From Calcarisporiella thermophila CBS 279.70 (taxonomy: Eukaryota; Fungi; Calcarisporiellomycota), in contig NW_027192213.1 of NCBI RefSeq assembly GCF_041956535.1, positions 474,336 to 538,335 of the forward strand: DNA of 64,000 nucleotides, given 5' to 3'. Every line of letters starts with the position of its first letter. Position 1 is the first letter of the stretch. This document shows, piece by piece, positions 41,198 to 52,733 of the stretch. Position numbers and translations under genes: made by a program. Under the pieces are notes generated by a model that saw only the letters and a list, made by a program, of their open reading frames with translations, was not told the DNA's origin and ran no database searches.

Positions 41198-42195
41198 ATG
41201 CTCTTCACTCTTGTTAGACAGTAAGTCTTTTTTTTTAACACAACTACATAGAGGCTAAAGTGATAGTTATAGTGGAGAATCGACTGCTAATATACAACAG
41301 CTGTGGTCAGGACATACAAATCACCCCCTCACCTCTTTGGGATTGAGGCAGGCGGAGTTGTTAGCCCAACGTTTTGAGAACGTAAAAGTAATTGGCTCAA
41401 TTTTCTTCTCAATACATTCTCCTTTTTATATTAAGTAAGTAACAATTAACGCTCGATTACATGTAGTTCTCTGAGATCTATTCGAGTGACTTACAGCGTG
41501 CGCGAAATACTGCTGAATCCATTCTTAACCGAAATCGGTATCGGTCAAGTACGCCACATATTATAACTGATCCTCGTATACGAGAACAGAATTTTGGTGA
41601 GCTCGAAGGATCCCCTTGGAGAATCTGGCACTTAAAGAAACTGTGGAATCGTACTGAGCCATTTCCTGGCGGTGAATCTGCTGAGCAATTGTTGAAGAGA
41701 GCCACGGAAGTATTAGATGAGATTCTAGAAAAATTTTTATACCGGGAGAAAGATAACACCAAGAATGATACAGTTGACAACAATGAGGATGAGTCGCATG
41801 TTTTAATTGCATCTCATGGTCTATGGATTACCGAGTTCTTGCGGGCTATTTCGCTTCGCGCCCGTATTACAACCAAGCATGGTCATCTTTCAAATACAAG
41901 CGTTACCATAGTGCGTGTCGCTCCTCGTCCTCGAGCAGGAGCCGATGCCTTGATTCAACAAAACCCTCTAAGTGTTTTTTTTATTTGTATCAATGATACT
42001 TCGCATTTAGATGAGGAGACTACAAGGGTCAAAAAAGATAAGAAAGAGGAAGGAATGATGGAATCCGTGAAAAACTCGACGATTTTGAAGTATTTCACCC
42101 GTGAAAGCGACCGTCCTATCGCAGCAGCGACAACTATTGCTGGTGCGATTAACAGGCCTAATGTAGAGAATGGGGTAAAGGAGAATGAGGATTAA
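41198..42195 (+). CDS. Histidine phosphatase / phosphoglycerate-mutase family (TIGAR/CobC-like)
   Basis: Spliced LVRHGES, LT.LG..QA, YSSDLQRA..TA, REQNFGELEG, GGES, IASHG, NTS, INDTSHL. Confidence 0.9.
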
Positions 42196-42379
42196 TGTAA
42201 TCATTAGAAATTTTGAATTATGGTTCACTTGACAAACATAAAGAAATATATATTTGTATTCTTCAATTATCCTTGCAACTATGAAAATGTAATTAAGAGC
42301 GAACTATTTAAACACGGTGCATGATCTCCATGTCCGTATTAGTTAAAGTATAAACGATCTCATTTTTGAACTAATGCCT

Positions 42380-43018
42380 CTATAAAGAATGCCCAGATGG
42401 ATGTGGGAACCTGCTATTGTGTACATGATTATTCTGAGCAACCGAGCAAGTCAGTGAGCTCGCTGAGGACTTGTGTGGAGATACTAGAGGAGTAGATGGT
42501 TGTACTGGAGTGCGCCCCTCAGTTTCTTCTAGATATTGCTTCACCTTTGGGCACTGATGCCTGCGTAACCTTTCACGCAGTGCTTCCGTCTCTGCGGAGA
42601 GATGCTTTACTATCAACGAGAGTGAAGCATTTTGACGGGTGAAAAAGTCATGCTTCCACTTGAGATCCTCAATAAACATTTTCTTTTTCATTCGGCTCTT
42701 TGTAGCTGACAAAATCAAAAAGCATATAAAGATCAAAGGATTTGAACATATGAGATAATGGAATTTACCAGCTCTACGATTTATTTCTAGACGTCTCTGC
42801 CTATCCATCTCTATGGCATTATTCAATTTAGTATTCCGTTCTATGTTTCTTGAAGAAGGTTGAGCTATTTCATTAATATTGCTATTTGCAACAGCGTATT
42901 CTTGCGGCAAATTGGAGGAGAGAGGGAGCGAGGTTGGTTCAAGTAGAAAAGAAAGGGAACTAGGGTGGTGCCCATTTCGTGCTTTACTATTTTTGCTGTC
43001 AAAATGATTGCTCGACAT
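42380..43018 (-). CDS. bZIP transcription factor (ATF/Atf1-like basic region); intron 42706-42768
   Basis: After splicing: RQRRLEINRRAATKSRMKKK, followed by heptad leucines ending LRERLRRHQC. Confidence 0.82.
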   Translation of the reverse strand: MSSNHFDSKNSKARNGHHPSSLSFLLEPTSLPLSSNLPQEYAVANSNINEIAQPSSRNIERNTKLNNAIEMDRQRRLEINRRAGKFHYLICSNPLIFICFLILSATKSRMKKKMFIEDLKWKHDFFTRQNASLSLIVKHLSAETEALRERLRRHQCPKVKQYLEETEGRTPVQPSTPLVSPHKSSASSLTCSVAQNNHVHNSRFPHPSGHSL

Positions 43019-43310
43019 CAGAGCATGACAAATTCTCATGGGAATATTGTAATATATAATGTATGGATAAAGAACGTGAAAAATCCGATTGGCGTTTAAA
43101 GTTAGGTGATAGGCGTGTATGTACATTCATCCCATTAAGAAAATGGAACCTTACTGGCTCCCGATTTTGATTTCTGATAGACGTCTTAATCTTGGCAGAG
43201 CTATACTCTAGCTATCCAAGAGATATCCTCAAATAAAAAACACTAGAAATTGAAAAAGCTAGGCATCAATTATCATATAATATCTCTTTTATAGTTCTAT
43301 TACCTGAACG

Positions 43311-46300
43311 ATGCTTTCCGCTGTGATGCGTAGATCATCACCGCATCGCTCGATAAATCCTCTACTATACTCCCGCCGTTATATCCACTCTCCTTCTCAT
43401 TTCTTGCACCGTTCCACGCCTTTACTGTCCTCCCATAACACACTTCGTGCCCATAATGCGCTTGCTTTCCGGCAATCTCTTTTTAGGTTCCAACAACAAC
43501 GCGGTAGCGCGTTTACAACTGGGGGGCGGATCATGTGGAATGCTATGCGGATACCGTTGGCTGGAGTCACAGCAGCAGCGGGAGGGCTAACCTTTTTAAA
43601 TTACAAAGTCAATGGTAATTCTGCCTTATTCAATACTTAATTAACGATTTCGTTTATTCATCTTTCATTATGTAGAATACACAAAATCGGGACAAGATTT
43701 CATTCGAGATATTGCTGGGGGCGTCAAAAATGTCACTGATTCCGTGCGTGATCGCGTTAATGAGCTTGAACTACCCAATGTCGAGGTGCCCGATTTCTTT
43801 AAAAATCTCTTTGCATCTAAACCAAACGATACTCCGAATACCGATTCTTCCTTTTCTCATTCATACAACAAAAATAGCAGCAATTCCTCTCCATCTTCTC
43901 CCAGCGATCCCTCAGCTCTTGCATTAGCAGCTGAGGTGGACGAAGCTGAGGAGCATAAAAAATCGAAGAATGTGCTGAAGCGACCCACCTCCTCAGGAAT
44001 ACAACCGCACGGCGACGACTTCATGATGTTGACGCGAAAATTAATTGAAGTTAGAGGTATTCTTCAGAGCATTGACCACGCTGAACAGCTGAAGCTACCT
44101 AGTATTGTGGTAATTGGTTCACAAAGCTCGGGAAAAAGTTCAGTTCTAGAAGCAATAGTGGGCCATGAATTTCTACCAAAGTAAGTGCCAGTGCCTTTTT
44201 TTTTAAAAAAAAAAAACATTTATTCATGTTGATAACCAATATTCTATTTTGGCATCAGAGGATCAAATATGGTTACAAGACGACCCATTGAACTTACACT
44301 TATTCACACGCCCCAGTCGAAAGAAGAATATGGCGAGTTTCCTCAACTTGGCTTGGGGAAGATTTATGATTTCAGGCATATTCAAGAGACGCTACGTGAC
44401 CTAAATCTTGCAGTTCCTGAACATGAAACTGTGTCAAACTCTCCGATTGAGCTGCGTATTTACTCTGCCAATGTGCCCGATCTTACATTAATTGATCTGC
44501 CCGGATATATCCAAATCCACGGTAAAGGCCAGTCCGCTACCTTACGAGACGATATTTCTCAACTCTGCGAGAAATATATTCGGGAACCAAATATTATTTT
44601 AGCGGTTTGTGCTGCAGATGTGGATCTGGCCAACTCTCCCGCGCTGAATGCAAGCCACCGAGTCGATCCTCTTGGCCTCCGAACAATTGGAGTTGTAACC
44701 AAAATGGATTTAATAGATCCAAAAGAGGGCGTAACCATACTGAATAATAAGGAGTATCCTTTACCACTAGGATATGTGGGTGTAGTATGTAAGCGTCCTA
44801 CTACCTCTGCTCTGAGTGGTAAAAATATCACAGGCGAACTTTTAAAGAGTGAAGAACGGTTCTTCCAGTCGCACACCGAATATCGTAGTAACAATGTGCG
44901 GGTAGGGACTGCGATGCTCCGCTCTCGACTTATGCAAGTGCTAGAAGAAGCGATGGGCCGAGCCCTATTTCCAATTACTGATGCTGTTAAACGAGAGCTC
45001 GAAGAAACACGCTATCAGTTCAAGGTGCAATATAATGATCGTCTTGTGACTGCAGATTCCTACGTCGCAGAGGCTGTTGACACGCTCAAACACCAGCTGA
45101 GAGAGTTAGCTCAGCATTTTGCGCGTCCACAAGTGCTTACAGAAATTAAGCAAATGCTTCAGCAAAGGGTGTTGGATATTTGCGCAGAGGTGTACTGGAG
45201 TGACCCCCGGATTCATGATATGAATCCCACCAATGCCACCGCAAATTCTTCGAATGGGAAAGCCCCAGGAGATGAAATCTGGCAGCATAAACTAGAAGTA
45301 AGTGCGAGTGCACTCACCAAGAGCGGGATTGGCCGTGCAACCACAGAGCTCGTCGTCGATATTCTCATGGCAAATGCAGAGCTGGTCGCTTCCTCTGATC
45401 CGTTCCGTCATCACCCAGAGACGCGTAAGCAAGTGCTACAAATTGTATACTCCTTGCTTCGAGAGCGCTATTTGCCCACCTCGGAGCAAGTCGAGAATTG
45501 TATCAAGCCATACAAATACGAGGTGGAGCTCACGCCAAAGGAATGGAACGCCGGGCGTGATCACGCGTTAGAGCTGGTAGAGGCGGAAATTCGGGATTGT
45601 GCGTCGGCTCTAAAGGAGCTCAAGGCATCGGTTGGAAAATCGCGGTTGCAGGCCGCAATTAAATATGTGACCGACTTGGAAAAGAAGGCGGAGCTGGCAC
45701 AGAAAGGCGAGGGTGGCGAGGAGAAGAGGAGCGGAATCTTCAGCATGATCTCGGAGGGCCTTGGCTTCACGACCGGCCAGCTCAATTCCACAGATGCAGA
45801 AGCGGCCGAGAGCAACTCCATAGAGGCGGAGGAGGCACGTGCACCCCCGATTCCTCCTCGTCTGCTCCAAAAAGCACGAGAGGTTCTCTTTTTGCACGAT
45901 AGACTTTCTGTACTTCGTATGCGCCACGCTGTTCTTCGCTCGCGTGCCTGTCGTCGCGAGAACCGCGAGCATTGCCCCGAGGCTTTCCTTACGTGTGTTT
46001 CCGAGAAATTGGCAAACAACGCAGCAATGATGGTATGGATCGAGATGCTGAACGAATTTTACTTTGAGCTACCTCGAGCAGTAGAGGAGAGGTTGGTGAG
46101 AGGTGCAAGCCAAGAGGAAATAAGGCGAATGGCACTCGAGAACGAGAAGGTGAAGGACCATTTGGCGCTGCAGGAGAAGAAAAAGCGGCTAGAACTAGCA
46201 ATGCGAGAGCTGAATGAATTGGTGAGGCGGTACCAAGAGCGAAGGGTCCTTGCTGCTGCCAGTAGTTCCGGAAACTCGGCCGGAGCGGCCTCTTCCGCTG

Positions 46301-46416
46301 GTTCTGGAATTGGGGTGAGCGTGATGGGAGAGAGATGGACGAGCGCCTCGAGAATGAGCAGTATGAACGAGAGATGGAGAGATTCTGGTTCCACTTCATC
46401 CTCCTTTTATTCATAA
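43311..46416 (+). CDS. MGM1: Mitochondrial dynamin-like fusion GTPase Mgm1/Msp1
   Basis: Presequence and TM segment. LTRKLIEVR, LPSIVVIGSQSSGKSSVLE, MVTRRPIELTL, DLPG, TKMD, LTKSGIGR, QVENCIKPYKYE, CPEAFL. Two introns. Confidence 0.95.
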
Positions 46417-46658
46417 AAGATAAAGATTATAAATTGAATATTTCATCGTGTATATTTCCCTCTTTTTCAAAGTGTTTTATGGATACTATTTTATATATGC
46501 AATTATTATTATGTTTTAAATCGTTTTTTTCTCTTCCGTCCATTTCCCCTTAATTATCATGTCCTATGCTTATCTACATTAAACCAACAAAAAAAAAAAT
46601 CCTTAAACAATCTCTTTTTTGCAAGCATTAGATACACCCGTTAAGCGAAACAATCCAA

Positions 46659-48846
46659 CTACCATCTCTCATATCTCCTTTTCTTCCTTCTTTCCAAATG
46701 TCTCATCTCTTCATCCTCGCTTAAATATCTACTTCTTCCTTCATATCTATCTCTGCTTTCGTATTCCCTTCTTCTCAAATATCTCTCGCTTCTCTCCTCC
46801 CCTCTATAGTATCTATATTCTCCAGTGTCTCGATAAATAAGGTTTGATTCAGGAGGACGGAAAGTGAATTCAACATGTTGAGGTAGAGAAGAGGGAGGTG
46901 AAGTGGCGTAGGTTTCCCGCTCTCGTATTGAAAAATTATTTTGTAATCCGGGCGATGAAGGATGCGGAGGTGGTGGAGGTGCTGGTGGAGGTGCTGGTGG
47001 AGGTGCAGGAGGAGGATTCGTAGGCACAGGCGGGATCCAGCCAGGTTCCTGTGAATCTGAAGCGTATGAATAGCGAGAGGGGGAATAATGCCTTGCTGAG
47101 GAATATTTTGAAGAGCTGTAGTGTCTTCCTTTCGAGCTATCTCTTTCTATTTCATTGTACCCAGGTCTCCAATCACTTACACCAGGCGGGCCATTGGGTG
47201 ATCGTGATCGTCTCGAAGAAGAATCATGCGATGGATAATAGTGTAACGATGGAGGGGGGGAGAAATGGCGACGAAATCGCTTAGAGTGAGAAGTCCGGTA
47301 GGAATCATCCCTGTAGCGCTCATTCCTATACCCAGACTCGAAATGGTATGCTCGATCAGATCTCGATTCATAATCACGAGATGAATAGGAATTTCGATCA
47401 CTATAGCTTCGCGTTAGGCGACCATGGTCTCGGCCACTCCTGGATTCTCCTCCCTGATCATATGAGCATGAGAAATTGGCATTGAGTACATTCTTAACTG
47501 TTGGGATGAGTTGATTTCAAAAAAAAAGGCTTACTTTATCTCTATTAGTGGGGGGTATTGGAGAAAAGTAAGTCGATCCGGTGGGGGCCGCCTTCATCCA
47601 CCTTGCTCGCTTCAAATTCAACTCACTGAAAGCCGATGCGATGTCTTTGTCTTTATTAAACATAAAGCGGATGTGTGTATCTGGGCAGTCCTGCAGTATC
47701 AGAACAAATTAACTTTAGCAATAATTTTCAAGATACACTAAAACTTACATCTCCATAATGCCCCGGTTTCCCGCAGTTGTAGCACCAGCTCGATACTTGT
47801 CTAGTTGTATTATTGGAAAAAAGATATTCCCGCCATAGAAAGGGGCACTCCTAAAATGATTGTAGAGAAGTTAATGTCATGGCATTTATTGATGGTGGAT
47901 CTTCTCTTTCACTCACGTCAGCATGATGCCTTATCGACCCACATCGCTCGCATGGCTCTCTCTCTTTTCGCCTCCGAAACGGACAATTGCGACTCTCATG
48001 CCCTCTCCGCAAACAGTTGCGACACACACTGGATTGAAATGGACATTTTCGTGGATCATGCTCGCCACTTCCGCAGCGGTAGCACTATAATGAAAAATAA
48101 AAAAAAAATTATTAATATATACAAAATGTATTATTTTGAAAAAGAAAATTACTAATGAACACTCTCGCGAATCATGTCCTTCTTTTCCACAAGTGAAGCA
48201 TATCCGTCGCTTTGTAGTCTCTTCCTCACGATTGTAATATCGCGAAATTGGCTTATGGAATAATAGTCAATAGCTTGACCGATTGGTACGTTCAAAGTGA
48301 CTTACTCGGCCTTCTGTCTCCTCTGCAGGCAAATCATTTCCGACTCTGTTCTCTATATCTTCGGATTCCGCAACATTAAGCACATCTTCCAGAACAATCA
48401 TATTTGTCACGGGCAATCCTTCCTTGTGATCTTCCATAATCAACTTTTCTTCTTTTGAAACATCAGAATCATTGTCGAATTCTCCTTGCTCCTCAAAATC
48501 CGAGCGAGGAGTCTTAATCATATCATTATTCAATTTCTCACTCTCTTCAGTTATCTGCTTTATTGAGGTTGGAGTGAATCCGTGCGGTTGAGAGGTGGAT
48601 GTGTAGTAGACGCGACTGAGGAGCTTATCTTCCAAATCGCTATCCACTTCTCTGCTAGATGGATGAAGAAATGCGCATATTAAATTCAAGATCCAAATTC
48701 ATATACCCATCCAGTGCTCACTTCTCAATTTAGATTTAAAAAAGTTCGCCACGGCAAACTCACCTCGCATCCGATTCCTCCGATTCCTCCTTATAGAGTT
48801 CATCCTCATACTGTCTCACGAGATCATCTTCCTCGTAACCATACAT
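46659..48846 (-). CDS. Air1/Air2 (ZCCHC7)-like TRAMP zinc-knuckle protein with long low-complexity C-terminus
   Basis: Five spliced knuckles: CFTCGKEGHDSREC, CYRCGSGEHDPRKC, CRNCLRRGHESRNC, CERCGSIRHHADEC-PFLWREY and WCYNCGKPGHYGDDC. The CP..WR.Y linker is typical of Air proteins. The 3' exon structure is approximate. Confidence 0.85.
46966..47015 (-). repeat. 12-bp coding tandem repeat encoding (PPPA)n polyproline
   Basis: GGTGGAGGTGCT repeated about three times on the + strand. Confidence 0.8.
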
Positions 48847-49093
48847 CTCCTCGTTTAATAATTCACGTTCACGCTCGCGCTTATGAATTTCTTTCTCCGC
48901 AATGAATTGGAGATCACCTTTCAAAAGAAACTCTTCGAAATTTTTGAGGGATTAGAGGCTTTCGGAGTCCAAATACTGCGCCATAAATGCGAGCTTCAAA
49001 GCGACACTTTTGTTTTCTCCATCTCGACGTATAAATTTTCCTTGACCTTCTTTTCAAGTACTTTTCATTTTCAGAAAAAAAAATTACTTAGAA

Positions 49094-49405
49094 ATGTCAT
49101 TTGCAACCAAGGCAAAGAACATCGTACCTCTTCTCGATCGCGTTCTTATCCAACGCATCAAAGCCCAGGAGAAGACCGCTGCCGGCATTCTTATTCCCGA
49201 AAAGGCACAAGAAACCCTTAACCAAGGATTCGTGGTTGCAGTTGGTAAGGGTGCACTCAACAGGGATGGACAGCACATTGCTCCCCAGGTCCAAGTTGGT
49301 GACAAGGTTCTACTTCCCGCTTTCGGAGGCAGCACTGTTAAAATCGATAATGAGGAATTGATTATAATGCGCGACTCCGAAATTCTTGCAAAACTTAATG
49401 AATAA
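49094..49405 (+). CDS. HSP10: Mitochondrial co-chaperonin Hsp10
   Basis: PLLDRVLIQR, KTAAGILIPE, VVAVGKG, VGDKVLLP.FGG, RDSEILAK. Single exon. Confidence 0.97.
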   Translation: MSFATKAKNIVPLLDRVLIQRIKAQEKTAAGILIPEKAQETLNQGFVVAVGKGALNRDGQHIAPQVQVGDKVLLPAFGGSTVKIDNEELIIMRDSEILAKLNE

Positions 49406-49593
49406 TTTAGATTGTTATTGTATGAAGACAAATATATATATATCAAAATAATTTTCAAAAAAAAAATAAAATCAAATATCCTTTTCGAAACTCTCTCTGT
49501 TTCGTCAGTCCTTTAAATAAGACTCTTAAAATAATGTCTAGAGCGCTAATATACAAGTGATGTTGGAAATAGGCTTTTGCGGGGGGTCGTATC

Positions 49594-50654
49594 TTATGCT
49601 GGTGGAGAATCAGGGAGGTATTCTAAAACTTGATATAGATTCTGAATAACAATGGGCCTCTCGTCATTTTGTAAATCCCCATTCGCTAGAGGCGGATCTT
49701 CGGTTTGCCGATGAATAAGCAGAGCGTTCATACCGGCATTGCGCGCTCCTCCAAAATCCCTATGCCGATTTCATACGTTAGTTAACTTTCAGTTTTGTGC
49801 ATACCAACAAGACATGATCAATACTTGTCAATGTCGTCTCCGACGTGCAGAGAATTGTGGCCCCTAACACCTGCAAGTTGCAACGCATGCTCGAAAATCC
49901 TTCGAGAAGGCTTCTCGTCTCCAAACTCACAGCTTAGCACGATGAAATCCAGATACTGTGTCAGATTCAGTGAGGCCAACACCTGCGCTAAACATATTTT
50001 CGCCTACTGTCAGCTCTCTTCTGACCTCTCTAGGAGGATGTTGAGGTATGAAGGTGGCTTACATATCCGTTCATCAGAATTGCTTACAACCCCAATTTTA
50101 AACTTTCGCCGATGCAGCTCCGCAAGAACAGGCACGGAGTCTTCAAAGAGATCATATCCTTCCGCTGATGCAAAGCGTTCGTAGAGGGTAGTGAACATTT
50201 CATCAAAGACCGGCTCCAAAGCTAGTTGCAAAAATATCATCAATACCACCTCGCAATGCATTGATGATGGAGAGAGCAAGGGTAAGAAAAATGAATTATA
50301 CCTTTTGGTGATGCGCCTGCATCGACAAAGGTTCTCTTAACGACTTGCCTCCACCATTCTTTCGAGGTCATCTTGCCACCTTGCTTTGATCCATAATTTG
50401 GATAATGCTGGACTTGGTGTCGAATAGCATGGGAGAAGGATTTCTTAACTGATTCCTTCGATAGAGGGATGCCCCGCCGCTGAGCCTCCGACGCCTAGTT
50501 TGCATAGATCTTTAATTTAGCAGAGGAATCGTTGAGTAATTGTAAAACTAGCAGAAGTTACATATTGAGCGCCTATAGATCCTCGGGGTTTAAAGAGCGT
50601 ACCAAAAGCATCGAAGGTAATGAGCTTTATTAGTTTTTTCCCTCCTTGGGTCAT
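49594..50654 (-). CDS. HAD-superfamily hydrolase, HDHD3/Dpi35-like
   Basis: LITFDAFGTL (motif I), GVVSNSDER, EKPSRRIF, LHVGDDIDKDFGGARNAGM. Four introns. Confidence 0.9.
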
Positions 50655-50897
50655 TACTATTGAAAATCGATCTCGTAACACAGCGAAAATAGAGAATAGA
50701 AAAAAAATGAAAATTTACGGTCTGGTCAATGTTAATTTGCTTGAATTTGTAAATCACATGTATCGAGATAAATCATCTATGGCTCCCATCAATCTCCACG
50801 TTCATGCTCGCATCATATGAAATATATCATTGGGGTTTTATTTGTAACAGTAAGAAGTACCATGGATTATAAAATTATAAAGTGATAAAGGACTGAA

Positions 50898-52061
50898 TCA
50901 AATTTTCCCGAAAATCCCCTCTTTCAAATCTTGATACGCCTTCTCTATATCATCATTGATAACCACAAAATCATAGCTGCCCTCTTCCTTGCTATAGTTT
51001 ATCTCACGCTCAGATGCAGCAAGGCGCTGTGCGATGTTTTCCTCAGTTTCCGTGCCTCGGCCGCGGAGACGGCTCTCGAGAATTTTGAGGGAGGGCGGCT
51101 GGATAAAGATGTAGCGTGGATTGAGGTTTGTTTTCTTAATTTGCTGAACTCCTTGCTAAAATGGAATAATAGAGTTAGGCACAGATGCAAGGAAAATAAT
51201 GAAGGAGACAACTAGAAAGGCGTGCCTGAGAAAATATGTATTAAGACAGGATAATTAAACTTACCATATCGATATCTAATATACAAACTTTGCCAGTTTC
51301 AACTACTCTTTCAACGGCCATAATTGAGGTACCTGTGATAATTGTGAACTTAGCCTTTAATCCAAAATGAAAGCATTCAAAGAAATACTCACCATACATG
51401 TTACCAGAAAATGTTGCACTTTCAATGAATTTGCCTTCACTGATCTCTTTCTGCATCTCTTCTTTTGTGACAAAATAATAGTCTTTCCCGTCTACCTCCC
51501 CAGGCCGCGGCTTGCGCGTTGTATCTAAGAAAACATAGATAGAATCAAATTAGTAATTAATACTTCGAATAAGCACACCCTTGATGGCTTATTGCCAAAA
51601 ATAACAAAAGACTTACGCGAAACACTAAATCCAAAAGTATTTGGAAACTCTGCAAACAATCGTTTAAGCAGAGTACTTTTACCAGCACCAGATGGACCAG
51701 AAAGTACAATGATGGAGGAAAGGGGCTTAGGGGGTTCCCCTTGCATGGTTCCATTGGTTGGTTTGACCTCATCCTTGGGCTGATGGTTGTCCTGAAAACA
51801 TCAAAATTCCAGATTGAAGAATGCTCTATACCTATTTTTTGCAACTGTCGCCGATGAAGAGAGACTTACAGCCTTACCGGAGCAATAAACCTTCATCCGT
51901 GTGTCGATACCATAAGCTAATAATGCACCGCCTCCTAAAATACCTGCTGCTTGAATGAGCGGTTTGGAGCGGGAAGTCACTGCTGGAGAAGCAGGAGTAG
52001 CAAAACGAGGTAAGGCCGGAGTAAGACGGCGGGAAGTAGAGAAGAAAAGACGATGAAACAT
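50898..52061 (-). CDS. GUK1: Guanylate kinase with N-terminal mitochondrial-type extension
   Basis: [66 protein letters not shown]. Exon 1 encodes a presequence and a hydrophobic segment. Confidence 0.95.
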
Positions 52062-52733
52062 GGAAGCCACTTTACTGATGCTTGGGAAGAAGAATTAGAA
52101 GAGTGAGTGAATTAAATGAATTATTGGGCGAACTAGGGGTCTTTCTCTCGAGAATAGAAAACATAAAGCTGTGACTGCAAAGCAATCGCGTCAATTACCC
52201 CACTACATGTTTTCGAAAAAGATATTAAAATTTAAATTAGGATACATGATCCTAATATGCAATAAGATGTCATTTCCCCAAAGTGCATTAACTACAGACT
52301 GAATAATACATGTAAAAATCCGATTGCCAATAACCTCAGCAATGATACAGTTGGTATCAATAACCACGGGAATCTCTGTCCCCAAATTGACCAACCAAAT
52401 AGTTGTTATATCTCTCATGGATAGGAGTTGTAAACTAGTGACATAATAATTTAAAACATCATGACTCTACTTATTATCTCTGGACTCATCTTGTATTTGC
52501 AGTAATATACCGGTAAAGGTAAAGATGTTTAGCGAAGACGCCAGTAAACCAAGCCGATCGCATATCCTCTCTCTATTACGGCCAGTTGCTAGTGGAATAC
52601 TCGATTGCAGAGAAATGTTTATATATATTTGTGATTTTTTTATATACAGCCCCTTTGCACTTAATCTATGCCACCGCAGACAAAAAGTTATATAAATAAA
52701 TACAAAAAAACCCTGAACCACAAACTTTAATCT

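Noticed and set aside
44559-46414. Long antisense and alternate-frame ORFs over MGM1 (likewise over VTC, UTP17, KDM5)
   Set aside because: Shadow ORFs of GC-richer coding sequence, with no domain signal.
48850-49093. Heat-shock elements or a head-to-head HSP60 partner upstream of HSP10
   Set aside because: No correctly spaced nGAAn triplet was found, and the divergent gene is Air1/2-like.
51060-51110. Possible frameshift in the last GUK1 exon
   Set aside because: Re-reading gives CAG CCG CCC TCC CTC AAA ATT, which is in frame.
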